Shown here: piece by piece, positions 40,916 through 51,639 of the stretch
Numbering within the stretch: position 1 is the stretch's first letter
Layout of the letters: each line of letters starts with the position of its first letter
Assembly: GCA_965261595.1 (NCBI GenBank)
Contig: CBDHDG010000005.1
Coordinates: forward strand, 1,055,736 to 1,119,735
DNA length: 64,000 bases
Origin: a bacterium
GTDB taxonomy: Bacteria; UBA8248; JACPRG01; G963555815
Direction: 5' to 3'
Program-made: the position numbers and the translations under genes
Notes under the pieces: model-generated
Seen by the model: only the letters and a program-made list of their open reading frames with translations
What the model was told of the DNA's origin: nothing
Database searches by the model: none

Positions 40916-43816
40916 TTAAAGCCCCAGATCGTGCTCGATCCGCTTCGGCGCGGGGCTCTTCTCCATGTCCGGCATCGGCGTCCGCTCCCGCGTCTTCGGT
41001 ATGGCGCCCTCCCTGTCAAGACTGTAGGTCACCTCCGGTCCGGCTTCCGGCGTCTTCGCCTTCTCCGGCGCGACCGCCTCAAGCGCCGCGACCCGCTCGC
41101 CGGTGACGGCCTCAAGCTGTTCCTGCAGGGCGGCCTTGTCGTCGGTCACCAGTTCCGCCCGGTCCCGCGCCCGGCTGATCTCCACGTAAAGCGTCTTCTG
41201 ATTGGTGAGATTGGGGTGGTTCGCCTCCATCGCGGCGATGACCGTGTCCACCGTCCGGCCCTGGAACGCATGCACGGTCGAGGCCCAGGCGCGATCGATA
41301 TGGCGCAGTTGCGGATCGCCCGCCTTCATGTCGAGCATGCGCCCGTCCTCCAGACGGAAGGTCACGCGGCCGTCCTTCACGCTCGCGACCTCGGCGGTCT
41401 GGCTGTTGACCAGACCGAGCCCCGCGTCGTTGCGGGTCCAGCGGATGCGGTCGCCCTGGCGCAACTCCAACTGCTCGACCTTGTAGACCTCGACCCCGCC
41501 GCTCCGCGCCGCGAGACGGCCGGGCTCCCAGAGGACGGATTGCCCGTCCTTGCCTTCAAGCCTAACCGCGCGTGCCTCGTGATCGACCCCGGCCACGCGC
41601 AACTCGTCGCCCTTCTCGACGCCGAGACGCTTGTAGGGGCGGTGGAACGCCACCACGTCGCCCGGGCCGTAGTTGGCCGCGAGCGACTTCTCGGCATGAG
41701 TGAAGCCGTGGGAGACCAGTCGCCCGGACTTCATGGCCGGGCCATGGACCATGCCGTCGCGGACCAGGCGATCGCGGACGATGGCGTTGATCTCCTCCCG
41801 AAGCGTATGGCTCGGCGCCATCAGTCCGGCCCTGGCGCGCGCTTCCGGCGAGATCCTGAGCCACCGTGCGGCGGCCGCGCCGGCGAGATTGTCGGGCTTC
41901 ACCTCCGCCACGTTGGAGCCGAGCTTCTCGAAGGCTTTCCTAACGTTGCCCGCGAGGCTCGCCTCGACCGCGGCTTTCAGGTCGGGGTCGCGCTGGCGCA
42001 TGATCTCCTCCATGGTCGCCGTCTTCATGCCGGCTTGCTGCAATTGCGCGAACGGCTTGCCTGCATCCACCGCGTCGAGCTGCTTCGCATCGCCCACCAG
42101 CACGACCCGGGGAAGGCGCAAGGTGTTGGCGATCCTCAGGAGGTTGCGGGCTTGGACCGTGGAGGCGAGGGATCCCTCGTCCACCACCAGCACGGTCTTC
42201 CGATAAGCGGCTCGCATCTCCCTCTCGCCCTTCTTCGTCAGCCGTCCCTCGCCCACCCCGGCGTTGCTGGCAAGGAAGCGTTGCAGGGTCTCGCTCTTGA
42301 TCCCGGCCTCCGTTTCCAGGGTCCGCGCGGCCGAGGCCGAGGGCGCGAGGCCCTTGACCTCGTAGCCCCGCTTCTTGAGGAGCGCGCGGGCGCGGCTCAG
42401 CATGGTGGTCTTGCCGGTCCCGGCATAGCCCTGCACGCCGATAACGCGGTCCCTGTCCGACAGGATGAGTTTGACGGCGTCCCGCTGGCCTTGTGTCAGC
42501 GGACCCTTTCTGAGGGCCTTGTCCACGGCCCGGGCGCGCATCGGGACCGCTTCCCGTCCCTGGCCGGCCTCCACCAGGGCGATCGTTTCCCGCTCGTCGG
42601 CCACGGCCCTGCTCGTGGTGAGCATGTCCTTTGCCCCTGGCGGGCCGGCCGCGTGCAGCGTTCCGGCCTTCTCCAGCCTGCCCACTTCCCGTTCCGCCTC
42701 CGGCATGGCCACCGCGCCGGGGTCCCAGGCGAGCGCGCCGGCGAGCAGATCGGCGCGTGAGAACACCGCCTCGCGCTCGGCGAGATGCGCCACGGCCCAT
42801 TCCACGGCTTCCCCGGCCAGCCGCCGGTCCCGAGACGTCTCGCGAGCCGCACCGGCGCCTTCCCGGCCGGCGTCCCGCGATACGGCGCCCTTCGAGATCG
42901 CTTCGGCCGCAAGGGCCTTTGCGTCGAACCCGAGATGGGCGGCCTGCTTCTCCCAGATCCCCCGCAACTCGGCCTTGTCCACGTCCCGCTTGCGGGCCCG
43001 GGTCATGAGCGCCGCCCGCTGGGCGAGGCGCTGGTTCTTTGCCGGTGTGTCCACGCCCCGTTCGGCCATGGCCGCCTCGATCTCCGCCCGCCGTGTCGAG
43101 AACGTCTCGATCACCTCGCGGGGAACGCCCGCGATCTCGAATCGCCCGTCAGCATGGGTCTTCTCGATCCCGTAGCCGAGCCTGCCCAGATTGCGCGCCA
43201 GTTCGCTTCGGTACATGGCGCCGATCAGCATCTTCGAGGCATAGAGCTTCTCGTTGGACATGGTCCGCCACTTGCCGTCCGCGCCCTGCACCATGTTGGC
43301 GATCACCGAATGGGTATGAAGCAGGGGATCGAGATTGCGCGAGGCGTCGTGGCGAAAGGTGGCGGCGATCATCTTCTGATCGCCCTTCTTTACCATACGT
43401 CCGGTCTCCGGGTCCTTCATGCGGGTCTCGGCGACGTTCCTCTCGACCCAGTCGAGGGCGCGCTTCACGGCCCGGTCATGGGCCTCGACGATGCGCTTGT
43501 CGCCGCCGACGAGCGCGGCGAGGGAGACGGACTTGGGGGCGGAGAAGGTGAGATCCCGCCCGGGCCGGTGCTCCAGGGCCCCATCGGGCCCCCTGCGTCC
43601 GAGCTGTTGTCCGGAGCCGTCGGGCGCCTTGCCCTCCAGCACCGCCCGGAAGAGGTCCGGATCGACCGGGCCGGAGAGGCCGTGATCCTCCGCGCCCTTG
43701 CCGGCCCAGGCGCTCGCTTCCCTGTGGGCCGGGTCGTCCTTCGCGTAGTAGCCGTCCCGCTCGTAGTAGCCCGCGCCCTGGGACGGGGCCGAGACAACGC
43801 CGATCGAGGCGACCAT
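40916..43816 (-). CDS. traI: MOB_F relaxase-helicase (TrwC/TraI)
   Basis: YYERDGYY, DLTFSAPKSVS, HDASRNLDPLLHTH, GYAGTGKT, VDEGS, YVEISRAR. Confidence 0.96.
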   Translation of the reverse strand: MVASIGVVSAPSQGAGYYERDGYYAKDDPAHREASAWAGKGAEDHGLSGPVDPDLFRAVLEGKAPDGSGQQLGRRGPDGALEHRPGRDLTFSAPKSVSLAALVGGDKRIVEAHDRAVKRALDWVERNVAETRMKDPETGRMVKKGDQKMIAATFRHDASRNLDPLLHTHSVIANMVQGADGKWRTMSNEKLYASKMLIGAMYRSELARNLGRLGYGIEKTHADGRFEIAGVPREVIETFSTRRAEIEAAMAERGVDTPAKNQRLAQRAALMTRARKRDVDKAELRGIWEKQAAHLGFDAKALAAEAISKGAVSRDAGREGAGAARETSRDRRLAGEAVEWAVAHLAEREAVFSRADLLAGALAWDPGAVAMPEAEREVGRLEKAGTLHAAGPPGAKDMLTTSRAVADERETIALVEAGQGREAVPMRARAVDKALRKGPLTQGQRDAVKLILSDRDRVIGVQGYAGTGKTTMLSRARALLKKRGYEVKGLAPSASAARTLETEAGIKSETLQRFLASNAGVGEGRLTKKGEREMRAAYRKTVLVVDEGSLASTVQARNLLRIANTLRLPRVVLVGDAKQLDAVDAGKPFAQLQQAGMKTATMEEIMRQRDPDLKAAVEASLAGNVRKAFEKLGSNVAEVKPDNLAGAAAARWLRISPEARARAGLMAPSHTLREEINAIVRDRLVRDGMVHGPAMKSGRLVSHGFTHAEKSLAANYGPGDVVAFHRPYKRLGVEKGDELRVAGVDHEARAVRLEGKDGQSVLWEPGRLAARSGGVEVYKVEQLELRQGDRIRWTRNDAGLGLVNSQTAEVASVKDGRVTFRLEDGRMLDMKAGDPQLRHIDRAWASTVHAFQGRTVDTVIAAMEANHPNLTNQKTLYVEISRARDRAELVTDDKAALQEQLEAVTGERVAALEAVAPEKAKTPEAGPEVTYSLDREGAIPKTRERTPMPDMEKSPAPKRIEHDLGL

Positions 43817-43817
43817 G

Positions 43818-45899
43818 TCAGAGGCGCCTCAAACGGCCCTGAGGCGGCTTTGGTCGTGGTTCCCCGCACCCGGGCGTGCTGTTCCCGCTCTTGCCCGGAA
43901 GCGAAAGGGCCGGGACGCCTTCGGTGTCGGTCCCATGATCATCGGCCGCACCCGTTTCGTCCTTTTCGGATTTCTTGTGAGGCTGCCTCGTGGATTCTCC
44001 ACGGGGTGTCGCTGAGGCCTGCCTGGGCTCCGTTGTCTCGACCCGTTCCCGCGTCGCCGGGCCGGAACCCTGGGGTTTCTTGAGATCGATGTCCCCTTGA
44101 TGGTCTCCGATTACCGGTGCCTCCTCCGCTGTGTTTTCCGGGGTTTCCACGGTGTCGCCATCCTCCCTGGGCACGAACCGTTCGGCCGCCTTGGGCCTCT
44201 TGACGTAGTCGAGCCCGATCCGGGCCACGGGCCAGGGCCCGGGGAACTTCAGGTAGCCGTGCAGGTTCTCGAGCCGCATGATCTCCGACGGCAGGGCCAG
44301 GGAGCGCATCTCCCGGCGCTGGGTCAGCGAGACCCCGTCCCGCAGCACGCTGGCCCCGTAGCTCATCCCGTGGGAGTATTCCTCGACCTCGCCCCGCCCC
44401 AGGCTTTCGGCCGACCACCGGGCCGTCTCCTGGTCGGGCGCGGCCAGCACCACCCGGGTGCCGCACAGCCCGGAGATCGTCTCCGCCCCGTTTTTTCCGT
44501 AGAGGTCGCGCAGGGCCGAGATCACCTGGATCCCGAGCACGAAGCACCCTCCGAACTGGCGGGACTCGGCCAGCCCCGGCTGGAGGCTCGGCACCTGGTG
44601 GAGGGTGGGCAGCTCGTCCAGGACCACCCAGACCCTTCTCGCGTCGTCCTGATGGAGGGAGAGGAGCGCGTTCACCGCGATCTCCAGCCAGGTGGAGATG
44701 AGCCCTCTCAGGCTCGCGTGCTGGTCGCCCCGGGAGGTCAGGAACAGGAACCCGGTCCCGTCCTCTTGGCCCACCCAGTCCCGGATCGAGAAGGGCTCTC
44801 CCGTATCGGGCAGGAACTCGAGCGCTCCCAGGTGCGCGGTCAGCATGGCCCGGACCGAGAGGGCGGTCTTGGGGTTTTCGGGGTCCACGATGGACTGGGC
44901 CACCGTGCCCTCCATGGCCCGGGCCAGGGCCGTCAGGTCGGTCTTGAGCAGGTGGTCGACGAGCACCCGGTTCTCGGTCACGCCCTTCTTCCAGAGCACG
45001 CCCGCGCCGTTGGAGAACAGCTGCCTGGCGGCGGTGACCCAGAAGGGATCCACCGTGTCCTTCTGCTGGGGGATGAGGGCCGCGGCCATCATGTCGAAGT
45101 CCCGGGGCGTCCTCGCCTCGAAGAAGGGGGACCAGCGGGGCGCCCGGGCGTCCAGGGGGTTCATCAGCACGTCACAAGAGGGATCGAAGAAGGAGCGGGT
45201 ATAGCTCCCCATCTTGTCGTAGAGGATGCAGCGCTCGCCCCGGGCGCGGAGCCGGGCGACGAGGTCGGAGATCAGCACGGTCTTGCCCGAGCCGGTGGTG
45301 CCGGAGACGATGGTGTGCTGGGTCTCGGCGCGCCTGGGCCAGGGGATCCCGGCGATGCGGCAGGAGGCGCGGCGCGCGGCGGGGAACAGGGCCTCCGCCA
45401 AGCGCGCGGACACGGGCTGCACGCGCCTTCTCAGCTCCCGGGCCGTCGTCATTTCCGCGCCGCGGACCCGTTGGGCGCGGTCCAGGCGCCTTCCCAGGAC
45501 CGAGAACAGGACCGTACAGAGGACCGCGCCCCCCACTCCGATCCAGAGGCCGAGCCACGCCCTGGCGTAGACGGTATGGAGCATGCGTTTCCGGATCCTT
45601 TCGATCCTGGGGTCCTGGGCGATATCCACGATTCTCAGGGCCGTTTTTTGGCCCTCTCGCCACTCGTACGCCTGGAGGGAATGACGTGGATACCCGAGCG
45701 CGAGCTTGACCTGGGCGAGGGTGCCCGTTCCGACGAGGCGCCATTCATGGGCGGCGGTCGTGCGGAACAAGGCAACGGCGGGGACCAGGACGACGGTCAG
45801 GGCGATGCCCAAAAGCCCCCAGCGGACCAGCTGGCCCCACATGTGGACGTCGTGGGCCAGGGTTTGGCCGCCCCTGAGCGTCGCGTTGCCGAACATCAT
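43818..45899 (-). CDS. traD: Type IV coupling protein (TraD/TrwB)
   Basis: Two N-terminal TM segments, SGTTGSGKT, LDELPTL, ESRQFGG. Confidence 0.95.
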   Translation of the reverse strand: MMFGNATLRGGQTLAHDVHMWGQLVRWGLLGIALTVVLVPAVALFRTTAAHEWRLVGTGTLAQVKLALGYPRHSLQAYEWREGQKTALRIVDIAQDPRIERIRKRMLHTVYARAWLGLWIGVGGAVLCTVLFSVLGRRLDRAQRVRGAEMTTARELRRRVQPVSARLAEALFPAARRASCRIAGIPWPRRAETQHTIVSGTTGSGKTVLISDLVARLRARGERCILYDKMGSYTRSFFDPSCDVLMNPLDARAPRWSPFFEARTPRDFDMMAAALIPQQKDTVDPFWVTAARQLFSNGAGVLWKKGVTENRVLVDHLLKTDLTALARAMEGTVAQSIVDPENPKTALSVRAMLTAHLGALEFLPDTGEPFSIRDWVGQEDGTGFLFLTSRGDQHASLRGLISTWLEIAVNALLSLHQDDARRVWVVLDELPTLHQVPSLQPGLAESRQFGGCFVLGIQVISALRDLYGKNGAETISGLCGTRVVLAAPDQETARWSAESLGRGEVEEYSHGMSYGASVLRDGVSLTQRREMRSLALPSEIMRLENLHGYLKFPGPWPVARIGLDYVKRPKAAERFVPREDGDTVETPENTAEEAPVIGDHQGDIDLKKPQGSGPATRERVETTEPRQASATPRGESTRQPHKKSEKDETGAADDHGTDTEGVPALSLPGKSGNSTPGCGEPRPKPPQGRLRRL

Positions 45900-46065
45900 C
45901 GAATCCTCCCGTTCAAGGTTGTGTGGATAGCGGCGGTCTTGGCGCCGTTGTGTTGCAATGCGCCAGGCGGGAGGCCGAGGAAGGCGGGGTCAAGGGCGCG
46001 GGACGCCGGGACCGGAGAGGCTGGCGCCCGAAACGCTTTGAACCCCAACCCTGGAGGAACCATCC

Positions 46066-46467
46066 ATGACCGATCCCAATCCATCCAGTAGCATCCCCCA
46101 TGTGCCCCATGTCCCCGTCAGGACCAGCTGCCGCGCCCGCGCCTTCGTCCTCGGCGGGCTCGCCCTCGCCCTCGCCGTCACCGTCTTTTCCGTTGCCACC
46201 GGGACCGGTGTCCGCTTGCTCGGGGGGATTTGGTTCTGGGCGGTGCTCTGGACCGTCCTCGCCGCCCTCGCGTGCGCCCTGTGGCGGGGATTCCGCCATC
46301 GCGACTGGTCGGCCTTCGGCCGCTACGGGCTCCCGGAAGAGGGCGGCGACCGGTTCGACTGGTCGACCAAGACCGGCCGCTACGCCTGGCTCCGCGACGT
46401 CGAGGACCGGGATCTCCACGACCACGGGCGCCTTCGCGGTCACGGCCCGAGCACCCGGTCCCCGTAG
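46066..46467 (+). CDS. Small membrane protein convergent with traG; candidate entry-exclusion protein
   Basis: GGAGG SD, two hydrophobic segments, charged C-terminus; only plausible plus-strand gene in the tra block. Confidence 0.65.
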   Translation: MTDPNPSSSIPHVPHVPVRTSCRARAFVLGGLALALAVTVFSVATGTGVRLLGGIWFWAVLWTVLAALACALWRGFRHRDWSAFGRYGLPEEGGDRFDWSTKTGRYAWLRDVEDRDLHDHGRLRGHGPSTRSP

Positions 46468-49350
46468 AAGGGACCGTCGCGGGCGCTCGTCCTTCTTCCC
46501 CGGGTCCGGCGCCGCGTTCCTGGCGGTGCCGTAGAGCTTGCCGCCGAGCCACTTCCCGATGAACGGGACCGCCTCGGTGGCATGCTCGACGAAGGGTTTG
46601 TCGGCCTCGGCCGCGACCTTCGCGCGGCCTTGCTCGATGCGTTCGTCCGTCATCCCGGCCCGCTCCTCTCGTCCCGCCTCCCTTACCCTCAGATCATGCT
46701 CGGTCCTGGCGCTTTCGCGCCTTGCCCGGTTCTCGACCTTTCCCGGCCCGGGCGTCCCGGCCCCGCGTCCGCGGTCGCGCACCGAGGCCGACCAGCCGCC
46801 CCAGGCCGCCTCGGTCTCGCCCGCGTGATACTCTTTCAGCCCGTCTCTCCTCCGCTCGTAGTCCGCCAGCCCCGGGACCGAGGCCGGATCCACCCCCTCG
46901 GGCGCCGGGAAGCGCTCCGCGATGAAGGCGGCGGCATGCGCGCGCAGCTCTTCGGCGTCCTCCGGGGTCTGGGGCGAGGCGAGCCGCATGGCGCCCCCCA
47001 CGCCGATCTCGCGCCCGTCGGCGCCAGGCCGGGCGGTCAGCCAGGCGAAGAAGGGCTGGCCCAGCTCCTGGTCGACGGCCCGGGACCGGCTTCGCACCTC
47101 GGCCGCCTGAGAGCTCCAGCTCTCGGCTTCCCGGTGGCTCAGGGCCTCCTGCTCGCCGAAGCGGCGCATCCGCGTCAGGTTGGCGCCAAAACTCTCCTCC
47201 AGGCTCTTGAGCTCGCTCTCGCCCGAGGCGGTGGAGTAGCGCCTGGAGGCATCGGCGACCCGGGACCAGTGATCGATCACTTGGTTCTGCTCGGCATAGT
47301 CGGTCATCCGGTTCCAGGCTTCCCGGCCGATGGTCTGGCCCCGCCAGCTCGCCGAACCGTCGGCCCCGAACTTCACGATGAAGTCGAACCCCCCTCCCAC
47401 CCTGGCCTCGCCCATGAGAACGGCCGCCTCCTCCTTCGAGATCCCGCCCGCCTCGGAGAGGCGTTTCATGTGGCTTTCCAGGGCCTGGACTTGCGTGCTC
47501 TCGCTTTCCGTCACGCCCCTCGAATGGGCGAGGCCCGTGTGCACGTCCCGGGAGAACCGCTCGACCATGGCCGCCGAATCGGTCGCAACGGCCGTGCGCG
47601 CCGTGTCGGCCTCGGCCGACCAGTGCCGGGCCTGCTCCCGGGCGGCGCCTGCCCGGCTCTCGTGGCTGACCGCAAGGGATTCGGAGAGTCTGACGCCCGC
47701 CGCCGGGATCCGGCTGGTGGCGGAGCCGGCGTCCATGACCGCGGTACCGTCTCCAGTCACGGTGAAGGCCGCGCCCTCGGGAGCGAACCCGGTATAGCGG
47801 TCCGTATCGACGTGCATGGAGGTGCGGAGCTGGCGGCCCTCGAGCGTTGCGAAGCGGTGGACGTCGGCCTGGGTGTTGGCGAGGGAGATATTGCCCGTCG
47901 TGCCCTCGTGGGCGGCCGAGGAGGCCGCGTCCTGGCCGACCGCGAGCACCGAGGTGGCGAGCATGGTCGCCTTGCCCACCCCGTAGGCCAGGGCCGCGGC
48001 GAGGAAGGGCACCGACATCGAGAGGTAGCCCGACATCACGGCCACGTCGGAGGCCACGGCCCGGATCCCCGCCTGGGCGACGAGCGATACGCCGCTCTCG
48101 CCGTCCGGCATGAGGGCGCCCGCGCTCATGCGCTCGGCGGCCTCGCCCATGGAGATCCGGTGGAGGATCGCGTAGAGCGGCCCCCAGCTCTGGATCCAGA
48201 CGATCCCGGCGAAGTAGGACCGGAAGAGCCCGCCGCCCGCGGGGGTGAGCATGAGCAGCACCGCCATGGGGAAGGCGCCCACGTAGAGGCACTCGAACAC
48301 GATGCGCAGCATCGGGACCCAGGTCTCGGCCTGCCTTCCGATGGCCCGGTAGGCCGAGACGGTCTGGGCCTCGGCCCGGGCTTCGGTATAGGACCTGAGC
48401 GCGGCGGCGTTGCCTGCCTCCGCGGCCCATTGCTCGCCCGCGCCGTGGAGGGTGTTGAGGACCATCTGCTGGCGCAGGATCTCGGCCGCGGTCCTGGAGG
48501 CGCCGATCAGGTAGTCGTGGGCCACGGGCAGCGCGGCCATGAGCTCGGCCCGGGCCAGCGCCTCGGTCGCCGCACCGGGGAAGAGTCTCCATCCGAAGAT
48601 GCCGGACGCCCTCGCGATCTCGGCCCCCCAGAGCGCGTTGAGCCGCGGGGCGGCCTCGGCGCAGGTGACGATCTCGCGATCGATTGGCGTGGCGCCGGTG
48701 CCGGACGGCGTCCCCCGGGTCGCGTACTCCACCATGCGCGCGGGCGAGGCCCCGGCGGAAGGCGATCCAGTGGATGTGACGAGCCGCCAGATATCGGTGC
48801 TCTCGCGCAGATCGTCGGCCGAGACGTGGCCCAGGAGCAGGGCGTGGAACACGCATTGCCTTGCGTAGGCCCGGAGGTTCCGCGCGAACACCGTGTCGGT
48901 CACCTCCATGCGGGTCGCGGCGGCCGCGAGCCTCGCGCCGAAGATCAGGCCGTGGCGGCGGTAGGTCAGGTCGTCCGGAAGGGAGAAGGCCTGCTCGGTG
49001 AGCCGCGTCAACCCGTCGCCCACCTGGCTCGTCAGGGAGGCGAAGAGGGCCAGGCCGAGCGGGACGCCCGCCACGACCGCGGGCGCCAGCGCCGGGTCGA
49101 GCCGGTCCACGACCCGCACGGTCGCCTTGGGGACCACCATCGCGCCCCAGACGGCGATGAAGAGGAGGATCCACTTGGCGTTGTCCTTCCACGAGCCGCC
49201 GAAGGCGGTGCGGAACAGGACCCAGGCGAGCCCGGCCACGCCCGCGATCCGGGCCAGGGTCACGAAGGCCCCGCCGCCGGTGATCGCGGCGACCGCGTTC
49301 AGCAGGTCGACCAGATAGGTCCCGCCGCCCAGGGTGAAGAGCTCGTACAT
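46440..49350 (-). CDS. traG: Mating-pair stabilisation protein TraG; probable 1-nt frameshift near 46480 extends the called ORF to 45913
   Basis: MYELFTLGGG..LNAVAA, VPLGLA, WIQSWGPLYAIL; alternative-frame ending DGPFYGDRVLGP* at 46440. Confidence 0.88.
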
Positions 49351-49361
49351 GGTCGTTGCCC

Positions 49362-50801
49362 CTACCGGGCTCCTGCGCCGCCCCGGGAGAAGGCGAGCGC
49401 CGCCCTGAGATCGGCCGAGAGCGCGCCCGCGAGCTCGGTCTCGATCAGCCTGAGCTTCTCCACGACGGCGAGGGCGGTGTTGAACCGCTCCAGCCCCTCG
49501 TGGCGGTGTTTGGCGAGGGCGGCCCGGTTCCGGCGCAGCCCCTCGCGCCAGCGCTCCAACTGGTCGCCGTCGGCGATGTCCAGGGTGCCGGCGCGTTCCT
49601 CGACCGTCCGGTGGAGGTCCGAGATCCAGACCTGGAGCACGTCGAGGGCCACCGCCTCGGCCAGCGCGTCCACCTCCTGGTCCACCACCGCCCCGCGGTA
49701 GGCGGCGGCCGTGTTGATCACCCGGTAGACCGGCAGGGTGGTGAGATTGACGAGCCCCAGCGCGTCGGCCGGGGGCGCCGTGTCGGCGCGCACCGCCTCG
49801 ACCAGCCGGCGGAGCAGGCCGGCCACCCGGTCCCGGAAACCCCGCGCCGCCGGCACGGTGAGCCGTCCGAGGACGGGGTTGAGACAGTCGACGGAGGTGT
49901 CGCAGCGATAGACCGGGAGGTCGCCTCCCCCCTCCATCAGGATCTCGGTCACCCGGCGGTCAAGGGCCAGCGGCTCCAGGATGCGTATCCTGGGGCCGGA
50001 GGTGTCGCCGTCGGAGACCGGGGCGGTGACGATCGCGGTGCCCGAGATCGACATGGCGAACTCGCCGAGATCCCGGTCGGACGCCAGGAAGCCCGACGCC
50101 CTCACCGCGCGCCAGGCGTAGTTGACGTTGACCGGGGCCTGGTCCTTGAGCGGTCCCGAGGCGGCGGCCAGGGTCGAGTGGCGCTTGCCGTCCGCGCCGC
50201 AGCCGTGGCGGGCGGCGGCGTAGTCGGAGAAGATCCCCTGTCGCGTGCCGATGGCCGCACAGATCGCCGCGCTCGCCCGGTCGTTTTTGGACCAGACCGC
50301 CCCGACCAGGGCCTGGGCGGTCTCGCAGGAGTTGAGGTTCTGGCTGTTCACCCACTGGGCCAGGGCCCGGAGCTTGGACAGGGTCTCGGCGATCACCGGC
50401 GAGATGGTCTCGAGCGCCAGCTCGAAGGCGAAGCCCGCGGCGTTCTGGGCCACGGCGCGGCCAAAGGCGATCAGCTGGTCGGAATTGATGAAGGAGAAGG
50501 CGCCGGCGAACGTGTCGATGCCGCCGCAGCCGGCCCGGAAGGAGGGCAGGCTCACCGTGGCGATGGGCTCGGAGCGCACGGGGGCGCGCAGGTAGAGGTT
50601 GCCCAGGGTCCAGTGGCCCGAGGCCTGGCCGTCGAAGGCGGTCGGCCCGGTGGTGTTCACCGCCGCGCCCCTCCAGAAGCTCTCCATCTCCGAGAGCACG
50701 TCCGCGCCCGCGGGCGGGGCGAGGCAGAGCGAGATGGCCCACACGAGCACGAATTCGCGGGCAGCCATGGTCATGCCCGCAATCCTTTGCTTAATAGTCA
50801 T
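49362..50801 (-). CDS. traH: F-type pilus assembly protein TraH
   Basis: NTTGP..GQASG, LPSFRAGCGGIDTFAGAFSFIN, NSCETAQ. Confidence 0.93.
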   Translation of the reverse strand: MTIKQRIAGMTMAAREFVLVWAISLCLAPPAGADVLSEMESFWRGAAVNTTGPTAFDGQASGHWTLGNLYLRAPVRSEPIATVSLPSFRAGCGGIDTFAGAFSFINSDQLIAFGRAVAQNAAGFAFELALETISPVIAETLSKLRALAQWVNSQNLNSCETAQALVGAVWSKNDRASAAICAAIGTRQGIFSDYAAARHGCGADGKRHSTLAAASGPLKDQAPVNVNYAWRAVRASGFLASDRDLGEFAMSISGTAIVTAPVSDGDTSGPRIRILEPLALDRRVTEILMEGGGDLPVYRCDTSVDCLNPVLGRLTVPAARGFRDRVAGLLRRLVEAVRADTAPPADALGLVNLTTLPVYRVINTAAAYRGAVVDQEVDALAEAVALDVLQVWISDLHRTVEERAGTLDIADGDQLERWREGLRRNRAALAKHRHEGLERFNTALAVVEKLRLIETELAGALSADLRAALAFSRGGAGAR

Positions 50802-51639
50802 GTCCGATCTCCCGTGCGGTGAGGGTGAAGATGCGCTCGGCGAGCTGGTCCTTGGCGACCACGCCGAAGGAAACCGGAAGCGCCCGCCTGGTTCGCGTGT
50901 CGTAGAGGACAAGGGCGGGGAACACCGGGGCCTCGAGGCCGAGACGCGCGGCGCGGCCCTGGTCGGGGACCGCCTCGGGCCACCCATCGAGGGGCTCGCC
51001 CGTCATCGAGACCGCGAGCACGTCGAGGCCGTGGCGCAGCGCGAAGGCGCGCAGAAGGGGGCCGAACACGCGGCATCCCGGGCATCGCGCATGGCCGAGA
51101 TAGATGAGGCCGTAACGCTCGCCGAGCCGGGCCAGGACGGCGTCGCGCTCGGCCCGGCGCTGCTCCGACCAGACCTGCTTGGCCAGGGCGCCCACCGGAC
51201 GCTTCAGCGTGTAATCGAGATCCGGGCTCGCCCAGACCGTGCGGCGGAAGGCGTCCGAGAAGGAGGCGGCTTTTTGCAGGGTCTCCTGCTGGAGGCGCAG
51301 GTAGGCCGTGACGTTCTCCGGGCTCGGGTCCAGGATCGCCCTGGCCCGGGCTTCCTCCAGGGCCCGGCGCATCCCCAGGAGGCGCTCCATTGCGGTCTCG
51401 GGCCGCGAAGAGGGTCTTGCGGGAGGCGTTTGCGCCGCCGGCGCGTCCTCTTCCGCGTCTTCCTCGTTCCGGTCGCAATAGAAGTGCCAGCCGAGCGAGG
51501 GCTCAGTCTCCCGATTTGGGCCCGATCGGGGACCGCACCAAGGCCGCCATTCCCGCGCATCCGCGGGCAGCGCCGCGAGGACGGCGAGGAGGCAGGCGAG
51601 TGCGAGGGCGTACGGGATGGTCATGGCTGCCCCCTTCAC
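50791..51639 (-). CDS. traF: Thioredoxin-like TraF
   Basis: GWHFYC, AILDPSPENV, PDLDY, CPGC, VSMTG. Confidence 0.92.
   Translation of the reverse strand: MKGAAMTIPYALALACLLAVLAALPADAREWRPWCGPRSGPNRETEPSLGWHFYCDRNEEDAEEDAPAAQTPPARPSSRPETAMERLLGMRRALEEARARAILDPSPENVTAYLRLQQETLQKAASFSDAFRRTVWASPDLDYTLKRPVGALAKQVWSEQRRAERDAVLARLGERYGLIYLGHARCPGCRVFGPLLRAFALRHGLDVLAVSMTGEPLDGWPEAVPDQGRAARLGLEAPVFPALVLYDTRTRRALPVSFGVVAKDQLAERIFTLTAREIGHDY

Noticed and set aside
45913..46439. C-terminal ~175 aa of the 1145-aa TraG ORF
   Set aside because: Runs antisense through a credible gene; likely read-through after a frameshift near 46480
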